From contig CM119265.1 in the NCBI GenBank assembly GCA_051294375.1, forward strand, positions 18,896,631-18,960,630: DNA of 64,000 bases. Reading direction: 5' to 3'. The notes under the pieces are model-generated. The model did not search any database, was not told the DNA's origin, and worked only from the letters and a program-made list of their open reading frames with translations. Position numbers and translations under genes: made by a program. This stretch comes from Paraspadella gotoi. Lineage: Eukaryota > Animalia > Chaetognatha. Shown in pieces: positions 14,440-34,225 of this stretch; position 1 is the stretch's first letter, and every line of letters begins with the position of its first letter.

Positions 14440-15676
14440 GATAAAATGAAGAAATAAATTAAGAGGAAAATTAGCGGGGTCGGTTATGATAGGGAACAAA
14501 TTGACCAAGAAAACTTTTTTTGTTTACTTCTATCGTTAATCTGTGAAAATCTTCAAAGAGAAAAACGAGTTTGGTGGCGACGGCAAACAAGGAAAATAGA
14601 AGCGGAAAAAAAGAAGAAATGTAAAAATAAGAAAGGGAAAAGAGAAGAAAAAATAATGAACAAGAGNNNNNNNNNNNNNNNNNNNNAGGAAGGAAGGAAG
14701 GAAGGAAGGAAGGAAAAAGAAATTGGAATATACGCATTAAAATATAAATATAAAATGTATAATAAATAATAAGTCCTAATAATCAATCGACGCATAAATG
14801 CCCCGAGTTCACAAAACTCCGAGTTGGAATATCCTCTCGCATAAAAAAAAAACCGCTAAATATTCTTGAAACTCGTTCGATGGGTCGGTCGGTCTGTCCT
14901 CTTTCTCATCGACAAGCTTCGGAACTTAAAACTTCTGGCCGATAACCGTTTGAGCGTTTTACAAGAGGTTAAATATTTGAATGCGTAAGTGGTCTTTATG
15001 TCTGCGAAGACTGTGAAAGAGAGCAGTTTTCGCGATAACGCCCGACTCGACTTACTTTGGATTTGGTTTACAACGTCCATTAAAGTGATAAAAAAGCGCA
15101 GAGGTTTCAAAAGGAACGTTTTTCGTTTTCTGTTTTGTCAAAAACTTTCTTGTTGTCTTATCGTTTTTTCGCTTTTTCTATATATTATATATTTTATGAT
15201 CTGATCGCAATCTAGTGACTGTGATAATCGCAATCTTTTCACAATCTTCGTCTCATTTCCTCAACAGAAAAGTCGAACAGATCGCGGAAGTCTCTTTTTG
15301 TTCCTGGCTAAATTTGCTTAAAAATGGTTATGAATGGATCCATAATTATTGAAATAAGAGTTTCGGTCTGACATTTGAAAAATAACGAGGTTCACAAAGT
15401 TGGTATTAGAAAGTAGGGGCCCGGCGCGGTGGCTCCGGCAGCAGCCGCTGCGTCGTCGGACGAGATGGTTTGTGAAAAGAGAAGAATTGACTTTTAAAAG
15501 AAGTATTTAAAGAACTTGATAATTTAATAGATATAAATCAATGATTGATAGTTTACTCAAATTTAATGATGGTTATTCTACAAAATCCTAGGAAGAAACG
15601 ACAATTTACAAATTGACTTAAAACAATTTTTTTTTTTGACATTCAATTGTTCAATTGTTTCGACTTTTGCCAACAG

Positions 15677-23307
<7,631 letters not shown>

Positions 23308-23500
23308 AAAATAACATTATTCTGTATTAAGTTCTTATGGCAGAGTAGAATTTATATGATTTATGTAAAAGTTAGCTGTTTAATTTTAAATCACCAAGCG
23401 TCATGCAAGCAGCAAGTAAAATTTTACCCTGATTATATTTTGAACACAATTTAAAAGCTCAGCTAATTAAATTTAAAATTAATTCAGTTTTAATTGCGCT

Positions 23501-23736
23501 CGAAGAGACAGTAATTATTGCTATGTGTTAGTGACAGAACCGTTCAATATAAGGAGTCCCTGAGCTTCGGATCAGGCTGTAATACCGTGTTACAGGCGGG
23601 TTAAGCGCCCCGTCCCTCTTAACTGCTAGGCGACCACCGGGCTAGAACCCTGGACCTATGGGTTGAGAGGCAAATGCCTTGCCTCCGGCACCAATGGCCG
23701 CTGATGAACAGTTGGTGGATTTAGGTCTACAATACG
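23501..23736 (-). mobile_element. Solo LTR of the tRNA-containing TRIM at 27321-27980
   Basis: Reverse complement aligns over its whole length with the 27745-27980 repeat; termini read CG...CG rather than TG...CA. Confidence 0.8.
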
Positions 23737-24543
23737 GCATACGCTTAATCAATCCAATCAGGAAATTTCCTACAAGCATCCCACAGGCACTGCGTACTAA
23801 AATACTATATAACTATACTACTATAGTACTATAATATATATATATTGAATTTTAAATAAAGTAATACTGCTACTATTAAAACCCCTAACATATTTTGACA
23901 TGAAGCCCTAAACTGGCAAACCATTCAAACAATAGACTATAGTCTATAATAATTAACTATTCTAATTTCTATTCCTCAAATTGTCAATACGTGATTGATC
24001 GCAATTCGCGTGTTCCTTTTTTTGTTTTGGCGTCGCTAAGGATATTTTTAGTAGAGGAGAGGAAAAAGGCTCAGATCGAGCATTTCTGCCTCCGACGAAG
24101 ATCCTGGTTTAAAATTGACGGATTTTCGTCGGAAATCTGTTTGATTTTGCCTTCTGTGTACCAATTAAATTATTTTAAATTATTTTAATATCTCATCTTT
24201 TTCCTTCAGAAAAAAATTGATATCTATCAGAAAAATATTGTGATTATTTGACATTTCGTCTAATTATGATCCTTCTAGTTATCAATGTGAAAGAACCCCC
24301 TCGACCTTTTAATTTTTTTTGCAGTTTACTCTGAAATTTTTTTTTTTTTTTGAAAATAGTTCTTTACAACAGTACATGGTGAGTTCAATTTATCACCCGA
24401 CTCAAGGTGTTGTTTTAATATTTGTGTAATGTGTACTGTGTAGGCTTGGTTTTTAATCTTTACAACTTTTGAAAAATATTTAGAAATAATTTCATCATGA
24501 AAATGAGTCGCTGAAGGTCTCACCTCAAACTACTGGTAGAATA

Positions 24544-26067
24544 ATGCCTTCTCCTCAGTGCCCCGTCTGTTACGAACTTTTCGCCGGTTGGAAAGACGTC
24601 GCCGCCTGTCCCTGCGGACACACCTTTCATTATCACTGCATTCTCCGTTGGAGTGAGGATTGCAAGCGCGCCCGCAAAAAACCGGAGTGTCCAACTTGCA
24701 AAACGACGCTCGATGTCGACAAGCAACCCAAGTGCCTCGTCCCCAAACTGTTCTTTTCCTTCGACGGCGACGGCGCCGAAAAAGAGTGGATCAGTGGCGT
24801 CTCTTCCTCCGCCAACGACTCTGACGTCACCAAATTGCGCGACGATTTAGCTTCAAAGAACGCCTTGACCTATACATTACAGAACCGCGTGACGGCGTTG
24901 GAACGAACGTCGGAGGATTGGCAGAGAAAAATGGTGGAGGAGCAGTTAAAGAGGGAGAAGACGGAGCAGGATCTTCGCGACGAAAGAAGCAAGCGGGATG
25001 CCTTCAAGAGGCAGATGGAAGGGTTCAAGCTGCAGGCCGGCGACGTGAAGAAAGTTCATGCAGAAAACGAGGTTCTCAGAAAAAAGTTGGACGAATGCAG
25101 GACTATTGAAAAGGTGTTGAAAGAATCGACGAACCAGGTAGAAACGGAATTGCTGGATCACGGCCGAAGTGCGGAAGAGTTGGCGAAGTACTTGATTATC
25201 CTTAAGCGGGAGATGGAGCGACACATCGGCGAGAAGCGCAAGTTAAAGGAAGAGGCAAAACGAGCCTCCGAGGAAAACTTTAAGTACGAGAACGAGATCG
25301 ACCGACTAAAGAGAGAGAATGAACTCAGACAAGAAAAGATGACGGAGCTTCGAAAAGACAACGCGGCGTTAATGAGACGAGTCCGTCTGACGCCCTCTTC
25401 CGCCTCAAAACGTCGCCACCCACTCTCGGGCGGGTCGGAAAACGCCGTTAGTCCGCCGTTTGCCCTCGCAAACATTCGGGAAAAACTTGAAGAGGAGCCT
25501 TTGAAGAAGAGAAGAATTTCAGAGGATTTGGACGCGTCCATGGATCTGTTCGGTTCTCCCTCCTGTCCACGAGACCCAGGAATCGTCGTCACTCCTTCGA
25601 TACCCCGCGCCTCCTTCGGCGATTTGTCCCCCTCTTCTCTCGGCGAAGGCATCCTCTCTCAACCCAAACTCGATTCAAAATCGCCTTCCGTTTTCGTTGC
25701 GCGAGACGCTGGCGTTAAATATGTCAAAACGACGACAGACTTCGACTCCATCAGCCGAAAAGCCGCCGAATCGGTCGTGACACCGGAGAGCGTAAAGCCG
25801 ATTAGACGACCCTGCGTCGGGGGTGGCCTTCTGGGTCGCGGCGCTGGAGGCGTCGTTCGGTCAGGATTTAATGCCACTGGAGGCACGAGCAAATTTCTTG
25901 ACATTCGGTCACAGTCGATAGGATCGGGCGCTTCTTGTGGTGGTGGCATTCCTCGTGTTTCCTCCGTCGGTTCGTCATCATCCAAAATTCACAAAAGTAT
26001 TGTGGAGCAGCAGAAGAGAAATAAGTTTGCCAAACACCAGCCCCCGGTCAGCAATTTTTTCGGTTGA
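24544..26067 (+). CDS. TRAIP: E3 ubiquitin ligase TRAIP (RING, coiled coil, C-terminal PIP box); single coding exon
   Basis: 507-aa ORF: N-terminal RING (CPVC...CGHTFHYHCI...CPTC) followed by KLFF, long coiled coil, terminal QPPVSNFF PIP-box-like motif. Confidence 0.85.
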   Translation: MPSPQCPVCYELFAGWKDVAACPCGHTFHYHCILRWSEDCKRARKKPECPTCKTTLDVDKQPKCLVPKLFFSFDGDGAEKEWISGVSSSANDSDVTKLRDDLASKNALTYTLQNRVTALERTSEDWQRKMVEEQLKREKTEQDLRDERSKRDAFKRQMEGFKLQAGDVKKVHAENEVLRKKLDECRTIEKVLKESTNQVETELLDHGRSAEELAKYLIILKREMERHIGEKRKLKEEAKRASEENFKYENEIDRLKRENELRQEKMTELRKDNAALMRRVRLTPSSASKRRHPLSGGSENAVSPPFALANIREKLEEEPLKKRRISEDLDASMDLFGSPSCPRDPGIVVTPSIPRASFGDLSPSSLGEGILSQPKLDSKSPSVFVARDAGVKYVKTTTDFDSISRKAAESVVTPESVKPIRRPCVGGGLLGRGAGGVVRSGFNATGGTSKFLDIRSQSIGSGASCGGGIPRVSSVGSSSSKIHKSIVEQQKRNKFAKHQPPVSNFFG

Positions 26068-26524
26068 ATCAAATACGTATTTATCAATGTTGCGAGCTTT
26101 TATTCCCATTTTGCAAGTTGTTCTTTTTTCATATTATTTTTGTTTTCAGCTTTTATGCCTCTTTTATTTCATGTTTCGCAAATAAATTTTGTCTTGGATT
26201 AAAATTTAAAGGCAGTTAAAAGTTAATAAGCATTAACTTGCTCATTGTTTGCAAAATAATTTTTTGCATATGACTTTTACATTATAATGCAAAGGAGAAT
26301 TTTTCTTTACAGAAAACTTGCTCAAATTAAAATTGACTTCATTTCGTTTAATGCTCTTAATTTGAGAATTTAATAAATCTAAGACATTGCTTCGCACGTA
26401 ACTTCCATTTACTAGTAGGTGGATAGCGTAAACTAATTTTTCTTTGACCATTCTTTGACCTTGTTGTCTTTTTATTTAAAACGCAAATTTTAATTTCGTA
26501 GCTTTTACATTCTTTAACAAAATC

Positions 26525-28992
26525 ATGGAATTCGATTTTGACGTTTGTCGTGTTCTTCCCCATCCCATCACGCTTTTGCATCCTCAGGAATTGAATAGGT
26601 GAGTAACTGGGTCATTCATGTCGTTGATAAAGATGCTTTTACTCATTAAAATTTCTAAATCTTTCTTCAAGAATATCCCAGGATGGTCAATTATCTTTGC
26701 GTGAAATCATTGATACCATGGGACGGCTTTCAGCACGAGCACAGGGGCTTCCTTCTATCATCACTACCCAAGAGAAGTTCCTCTCCTCCACAGACCAAGT
26801 GATTCTTTTGCTGATATCATATATAATTTTAAAAATCATTTATCTGTTCGAGTTGAAATGAACTTGTCGCAATGCCCGACTACAAAACCCGTTTGAAATA
26901 CGGTTATTTCATGCCTATGTTTATTGCTTAGGCTTACCTTGTTCTTAACTTAGTTAGTTGAGGAAAATAATATTACTGTTTTAATATTTAATTGCCGATT
27001 GCTTCCTCCTTGTCAACAGAGATTGTACTTGATGAGAGACAACGACAATCCAGCCCGAGTCAGCGGGCTCCTAAAGATCGGAGAAAAAGATCTCTATCTT
27101 CATGACTGCGACGGAAATTGGACTGAGAAGCTTCGACCACTTTGCGTCCTGGACTTTTATGTTCATGAGAGTCAGCAACGACGGGGTCTTGGTCTCGAGC
27201 TCTTTCTATTTATGCTTAAAGGTAGACGTCCGTAATTTTCTTTTTGCTCTAAAGACAAATATTTGGTTCATCTCGTCTTGACTCTTTACCCTTTTCTTTC
27301 TTTCAAAGTATTTTTTTTCCTTTATGGTGGACTAAAATCCACCAACCGTTCATTCAGTGGCCATTGGTGCCGGAGGCAAGTCATTCGCCTCCCAACCCAA
27401 AGGTCCGGGGTTCTAGCCCGGTGGCCTCCTTGCAGTTAAGAGGGATGGGGCGCTTAACCCGCCTGTAACACGGTGTTACAGCCTGATCCGAAGCTCAGGG
27501 ACTGCTTATATTGAACGGTTCTGTCATTAACACTTATCAATAATTACTGTCTCTTCATTGGTGAGCCCGACTTCCGAACACAACAGCAACAACAACACTT
27601 TCAGGCGACATGCCTCAACCTGGCGATGCACTTTCCACCAACAACACATCAGGCGACATGCCTCAACTTGGTGATGCACTTTCCACCAACAACAACAATT
27701 CACTGAAGAGACAAAACAGACTTCTCCCTATGGGAGGGGGGGGATGTATGGTGGACTAAAATCCACCAACCGTTCATCAGTGGCCATTGGTGCCGGAGGC
27801 AAGTCATTCGCCTCCCAACCCAAAGGTCCAGGGTTCTAGCCCGGTGGCCGCCTAGCAGTTAAGAGGGATGGGGCGCTTAACCCGCCTGTAACATGGTGTT
27901 ACAGCCTGATCCAAAGCTCAGGGACTGCTTATATTGAACGGTTCTGTCATTAACACTTATCAATAATTACTGTCTCTTCAACTGTTTAAATTTTAAAGAC
28001 TATAATCAATTAATAATATTTAACCCTTTCCTTATAAAATTATCAGTGTAATAAAACCTTTTATGTGAAATCTATCATATAAATCTATCATAAATCTATC
28101 ATCTAAATCCTTCATAAAATATAAAAATAGAAAATAGTGAAACAAGTAATTTGCAAATTTTCATTAACCATAAAAATAGGGTTTTGTTATTGGGCTCAAA
28201 TTAAAGCTCTAAGCTTTTTTTTTTCTTAATTTCTACAAATTACATTTTGAAGAACAATTTTCAATGTTTAATTTAAAGGTTAGACATTGTGTCATTTCCC
28301 TCTTTTTGTTGTGTTTGCGATTAGATTAGATTGACGAATGACAATCTCTTAATTTTCTTCAAAATAATACAGATTTAAGATATTTCTAATATTGTATATA
28401 CCTAATCGGCAGCCATTTAAAAATTAAATTTATAAATGATTATTTTGATAAACACCATTTTTTTACAGACATGGCTCCGAATGAATCTCCATTCAACCCT
28501 GATCGCTTCGCCTACGATCGCCCCTCGCCAAAGTTGCTTCAGTTCCTCAAGAAACACTTCGCTCTTCATCCTCCCATCCCCCAGAACAACAACTTCGTCG
28601 TATTCTCGGAATTCTTTAACGCAAATCGGGATTTGGCGAAAGGGCCTCGTCGGTTTAATTACGGAACCGTTTCCGCTTCCAAACCTCTGCCGACGAAAGT
28701 TCGCGACTCACCCCCTCGGGATTTTTTTGTCCAGTCCGTGGAGAAGATGACGATCGCTCGTGACAATGGTTCGGCGACTCGGTGTAATTGGATGCCGGCC
28801 TACAGCAGACACGAATACACCAGTCAGGACAGGTCTTCTCGTAAAGCCGTTCCTCCACTATTTGAATGGAAGGTTCCTTCAACGACCAAATCATCGTTAA
28901 CCCTAAAACCACCCTACGCGTGTCACGATGACGTCGGCAGCGATTGGCGATCCGCCGTTAACAAACGCCATCAACGAACAGCGCTCTGGTAG
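26525..28992 (+). CDS. ATAT1: Alpha-tubulin N-acetyltransferase (MEC-17 family), 4 exons
   Basis: MEFDFDV start; IIDTMGRLSARAQGL; GLLKIGEKDLYLHD; PLCVLDFYVHESQQRRGLG; AYDRPSPKLLQFLKKHF; PQNNNFVVF. Confidence 0.95.
27321..27980 (+). mobile_element. TRIM (miniature non-autonomous LTR retrotransposon) with tRNA-like Pol III promoter in the LTRs, in ATAT1 intron 3
   Basis: Direct repeats 27321-27557 and 27745-27980 (the second is TG...CA); PBS TGGTGAGCCCGAC at 27559-27571; PPT GGGAGGGGGGGGA at 27732-27744; A-box-like TGGTGCCGGAGG and B-box GGTTCTAGCCC in each LTR; no ORF. Confidence 0.85.
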
Positions 28993-29375
28993 ATCGAGTA
29001 CAAAATTGTCTTTATCCTCTTGGGAATGATTTTTCGTTGGCATTAAATCGGGCTTGACTTCATCTCTAGTCGGAATTAGCTCCGCGTCGTTTGTAATTAT
29101 TGAAAGGAAATTCTCAGCCAGTCTGTATTTGCCTTTGCATTGCATTGCATTGCCATTGCCATTCTCGTCTTCCTGGTCGTTCGCGCAATAAAAGTCCTTT
29201 TTAACTTACAGTAATTTCAAATTAATTTACCAAATTTTTTTTATTTTACTCGCGACTGTGATCTCTTTAACTTTGTTTTCCTTATACTTGTGTTTATTGC
29301 ATCTTGCAAAATGAAAATGTCGTTTCAATTGCCTCTTTCATTTCTCATCAGGCACAGTTATTAAATCTCCGAATC

Positions 29376-30038
29376 ATGATTTTAACATCGCTTACCCTTG
29401 TGAGGAATTCTCGATTGCTGTTGGATGCTACTTTAGGACTCTCTCGGCGTGAATTCGGTTCCTTAGCAGGCGTTGCCTCAAGATGCTCCCTTCTAAACCC
29501 AAGGTCTAACTTGGGTCAGTCTGGTGAGATATTATTAAAAAGTAGGTCAAGTTTACGATAAAAATTGCTTTCTAACTTAATAACCTTGTCTTGTGTGATA
29601 TAGTAAAACAGCGCATATGATTGTTAAAAAAAATCACTATTAACTTATTAATTTAGTAATCAAAGCATATACGTAAAAAGTTTGGTCAATTCTTTCACGA
29701 TCTTACCAGATAGTGTCGTTCCTTCTCGCCCCTTCTCTGCGACGGCGTTCGTCAGAAGCGAGAAGAATGACAACACGTCTCGGCACAACACCGAAGCCGC
29801 CCAGCCCCGCGAAAATAAAAGCAAAAATCAAAGCGGAAACGATGCCATCAAGCAGATCACTGGGGTACTCAATACGAAAGTCGGTGATGTAACATTGCCA
29901 GTATTGAACGCTCCTCTTCAAGCTCGACACGTGGTCGTCGGTTTAGCATGCTTCTTCGTTCTCTTTTTTAACTGGGCTTTCGGTTTCTTCGGCCGTCTGT
30001 TTCTCGTCATTCTCATCCTGACCGCTACCTTTTTTTAG
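29376..30038 (+). CDS. Small uncharacterised protein, 2 exons, mitochondrial-presequence-like N-terminus and hydrophobic C-terminus
   Basis: Exons 29376-29514 and 29710-30038 join in phase; Arg/Ser/Leu-rich N-terminus; ends VVVGLACFFVLFFNWAFGFFGRLFLVILILTATFF. Confidence 0.6.
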
Positions 30039-30927
30039 TATTTTTCTCTTAAGGTTTCACTATGAGATTTTCATTCTCATGGTTTTCTTAGCAAAGTCAA
30101 AAAGACTATTCTCTTTCCACCTGATAAATCTTGGGCAAAGATTGTGTTTTAGTTTTTCTTTCTTTTCTTAAGCGATGGGCGATAATAATAAATGTTTCCT
30201 TTTGAACGGCTCTATCCTCACATTGATAGTACATAAATAACTATTTTTAATAACTTGGCCATTTAGAAACTATTCAGTGACTTTGTTGATCATTAATTAC
30301 GTTTTTTCTTTAGATCATTATTTCTCTATTTGATCTCATCCACTAAAACATGTGACACCAAATGTGAAAATGATAGTTTGTTATAAATACGTTGAATCGG
30401 GACGAACTCAACTCTTGTAAAGGTAAGATTTGAAAACTAATTTTGTAAATAATTTGTTTTGACCTTATATAATTTGATTATCGTCATAATTTGAGAATGA
30501 GCTTTTCCAAATTTTTTTTTGGGGATTTAATTTAATCGAAAACTTTTCTTGGACCGATTCTATGGCCCCGGGCCCTCACAGTTTGGTCGTAATTCGAGTT
30601 GAACAATTTTCAACCGTGTCATATTACAAGAATTCGATATTTTTTTTTTGTTAAAAGAGGGAAAGAGACACTCCGGAAAATTTCGTTTCATTTAAGCATT
30701 TTATTTGGTAAATTGATTGTTTCAAGATATCTGACGAAAAACTGTTTTCATCTTTTTTACTTGAAACATTTCAGAAGATTTCAAATGTTTTAAATCTACG
30801 TAGTCTAATAGGTTATAGAGATTTTCGATGGGTCAAACATCCCGTCACGCTCTTGTTAAAGGAACAATCGCATGCCTAATCCCTTCAACATTTTTTATAG
30901 TCTATATCGCCAAAATACGTCAACACT

Positions 30928-33782
30928 ATGCCGGACGCCTGCGAACCTACCAGCAATGCCAGGGCTGGTGTCGCATTAAAAAAGGAGTTGGGCGTTTTGG
31001 AGGCCGTCGCTTTAATTGTCGGCATCATTGTCGGCTCTGGAATATTCGTTTCTCCTGGTCGGTACTCCTTTTTAAAACGCAGAACTTTTTTTTTCTGTTG
31101 CTAATACTTTTGCTTAACCTCGTTATCCCCAGGGGGCATAACTGAAGAAGTTGGTTCCATCGGTGTCTCCCTCCTAATTTGGGCCTCGTGCGGAATCCTT
31201 TCCTTGGCATTTGCCCTCTGCTACGCCGAGATCGGCACGACGATTCCGGCATCCGGCGCCGACTACTCCTACATCAAAGAGATCTTCTCCCCCTTTCTCG
31301 GTTTTCTTGCTCTTTGGATGAACATTGTTTTCGTCGGTACGTTGCTGTACATAATTACGTGTATAAATATAATAGACAATCCTTGTAAATTCGTCTTCTT
31401 TGGCATCCTTTAGCTCCATGCGCAACTGCGGCCATGAGCCTCTCATTTGCCGAATACGTACTTTTGCCAATGGCGCCCTCTTTTTGCCACGATTCCTTTC
31501 CGTCCACGTTGCTCGCCCGACTAATCGCGGCCATCGTCGTCACCATCGTTACCTACATTAACGCCACCTCTGTCACCTTTGCCGTTAAAACTCAGGTTTG
31601 TTAAAAGAGGGAGGGGGCGAATTTGAAATTTAAAAAAAAAGTTTTGGCAATGTTCGATATGAGAAATTTATTTGGTCTTTTCCTGCCATTAGTATATTTT
31701 TGATAAATAAACAAAGCTATTAATTTTATCTTAAATACTTCTTTTTTGCACCTTTGATGAAGGCAGAAGTTCTTTATATATTGTACTCTACGTAAATAGA
31801 AGTAAAATTAATAAGTTTGATTCTTCATTAAATAATAATAATAGCTAGAAAATACGAAATAAACTTTTCATTTTGATTGGTATTTGCTTTTACATAGTTA
31901 ATTGATCTTATTTCTTCCCTTCAAGGTTTTTTTCACGGCAACCAAAGTGGTGGCCCTACTAGTTATCGTCGGCTTCGGGTTGTACCGAGCTTTTCAGTCC
32001 TCGGGTCTCGACAATTTCGCCGCTCCTTTCGAAGGTTATATTATATGACATTAGTATTTGAGCGATAGAATAAGTGTGGGTTTTAATTTAATCGAAAGTT
32101 AATCGAGAGTTAACTACATTTACCAATGTTTTCGTTTTTCTCGAAGGCGAATTCAATATACTATGAGCGGCTGACTCGAAAAGGTTGTACTTAGTATTTC
32201 AAACTGAAATTCAATAGCTTTTACGCCTTTTTTGACTTTTGTTCCCGAAAAGTGACTTTTTAGTCTCTAACTTGTTTCCCTATCAAACGAGCGATCATTC
32301 AATCACTTGAAGAATACTCAACTCTTGCTAAATTAGTCTTTCACAATCCAACTTTTGTTTTTAATTCTCCCAACACATTCCCCAATCCCCATCGACTTAA
32401 AATAGATTCCAATGTGAGCCTATTCTCGCTGGCAAACGCCATCTGTATCGGCATCTTCACATACGGCGGCTGGGACAGTCTCAACAACATGTACGAAGAG
32501 TTAAAGAACCCAACGCGGACGATGCCGCTCGCCATCATCATTTCCCTCACGCTCGTCACGGGGATCTACTTACTCGTCAACTTCGCTTATTTCACGGTTG
32601 GAAGGAATCGGCTCTTGTTGCTGTAATCGAACTTTTAAAGAAGTAATTTGGGTTTTCTTTTGATTTAGGTACTTACGACGTCTGAGATTTCCGGTTCAGC
32701 TGCGGTGGCCTCGTCCTTCGCGGCTTTCTTCGTCCCTTCCACGGTTTCATGGATCATGAACCTCTTCGTCATTTGCTCCGTTTTTGGTTCTCTTAACGGC
32801 GGAATGCTCTCAATGTCCCGACTTTTCTTCGTCGGTAAGAAGTTAATCATGCCATTTTAAAATTATTCATTTTTTAGTTACCTAAAGACCAGTTAACCAG
32901 TTCGAAAACCGAAACAGAAGCACCAATTTAATTTTAAAATGCTTGATTAATTTTCTACATATTTAAGTGGAGAACAAGAGCAACTGGAAATCATACCAAT
33001 TGATCAAATATTAAACAAATATTAAACAAATTTTCAAAACTCATTTTAATTAGGAATTTATTTACAAAAAAATGGCGTAAATGTTATAATTATCTTATTA
33101 AATTTTTTGCCAGGAGAGATATCTTTTTATGAACGTTTTCCTCTCAGGCGCTCGCGACGGCTCAATTCCACCGATTATCTGCTTCATCAACGCTCGCAAT
33201 TTGACGCCATCTCCGGCACTAATAGTATACTGTCTGCTCGTCCTTGCCCTGCAGCAGTACGGGGACGTCTTCTTTCTGATGAAGTACTGTTCCTTCATTA
33301 TCTACCTCACAAAGGTGAGTTCCTTAATACTTGAACTGCTATAAAATTGTACGAAGTTTTTGAATCTCATCTCATCAATGACGTCATTTTTACCCAGTGT
33401 GCGACCTTGGCCGGTCTCATATATCTGCGCCTGCGTGATCCGCACCGAGAGCGTCCTTTGCGCATGCCCCTAGCCCTGCCTATCCTTGTCTTCCTCTTTT
33501 GCTTACTCATCCTCGTCGTAATCATTTACAACGACATTAACTCGGCACTGTTTCTTTTGGCGGGCATCGTTACGGGCACCGTGGTTTATGCAATCATGAC
33601 GAAGGCGTCGAGGTAAAGCATCGAGCGGGCTGCGGGTTGGCTCTGTTTTTATTGGAACAGTTATATTAATTTGTTTTAATGATTTATCTTATAGTTCTCG
33701 GGCGGGTTGGATGATGTCGGCCCGGAAATTGAGCCTGACGCTCCAGAAGTTGCTTTATGTTGTTCCTCCTTCAACCGATTGA
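30928..33782 (+). CDS. SLC7 L-type amino acid transporter light chain (LAT/b0,+AT-like), multi-exon
   Basis: LKKELGVLEAVALIVGIIVGSGIFVSP; ALCYAEIGTTIPASGADYSYI; FTYGGWDSLNNMYEELKNPTRTMPLAIIISL; GLIYLRLRDPHRERP. Confidence 0.92.
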
Positions 33783-34225
33783 AAGCTTTCGGCCGTAACT
33801 ACGGAATCTGTCTTTTTAAAGCTTTGCTAAATGTACCAAAATGTCTCTGAAGTGATTGAAAGAAATTACGCCTGGCAATGACGAAATTTATTTGAATAAC
33901 TTAGCTTTTCTTAAGTTAATTATTTCTAAAATTAAAATTTAATTTTAAAATTAAAATTTTAAAGACGTTGAGATTCATATACTCTTGTTATATATTTACG
34001 CGGTAAGACCGCGTGCGTGTGTTCTTGTATATTTTTTCCATTTTACTCAATTTTTTGTATGGATTTAGAATAGTCACTATAGTGTTTTGTTAAACTTTTG
34101 AAGTTTTTTTTGCGATATTTATTTTCAGCTCGTCTGTGATTTTTCATTAAAAAAGAAATAGTTTTTACACACTTAACTTTTACGAAACGTTATATTTAGT
34201 ACAAATTGATATGGAATTGTAAACC

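Noticed and set aside
27357-27430. Functional tRNA gene
   Set aside because: A/B-box-like motifs are present but the D and anticodon arms are non-canonical and the segment is embedded in a repeated LTR.
27595-27700. CRISPR-like repeats
   Set aside because: Only two adjacent copies with no unique spacer, no cas genes, eukaryotic context; part of the TRIM core.
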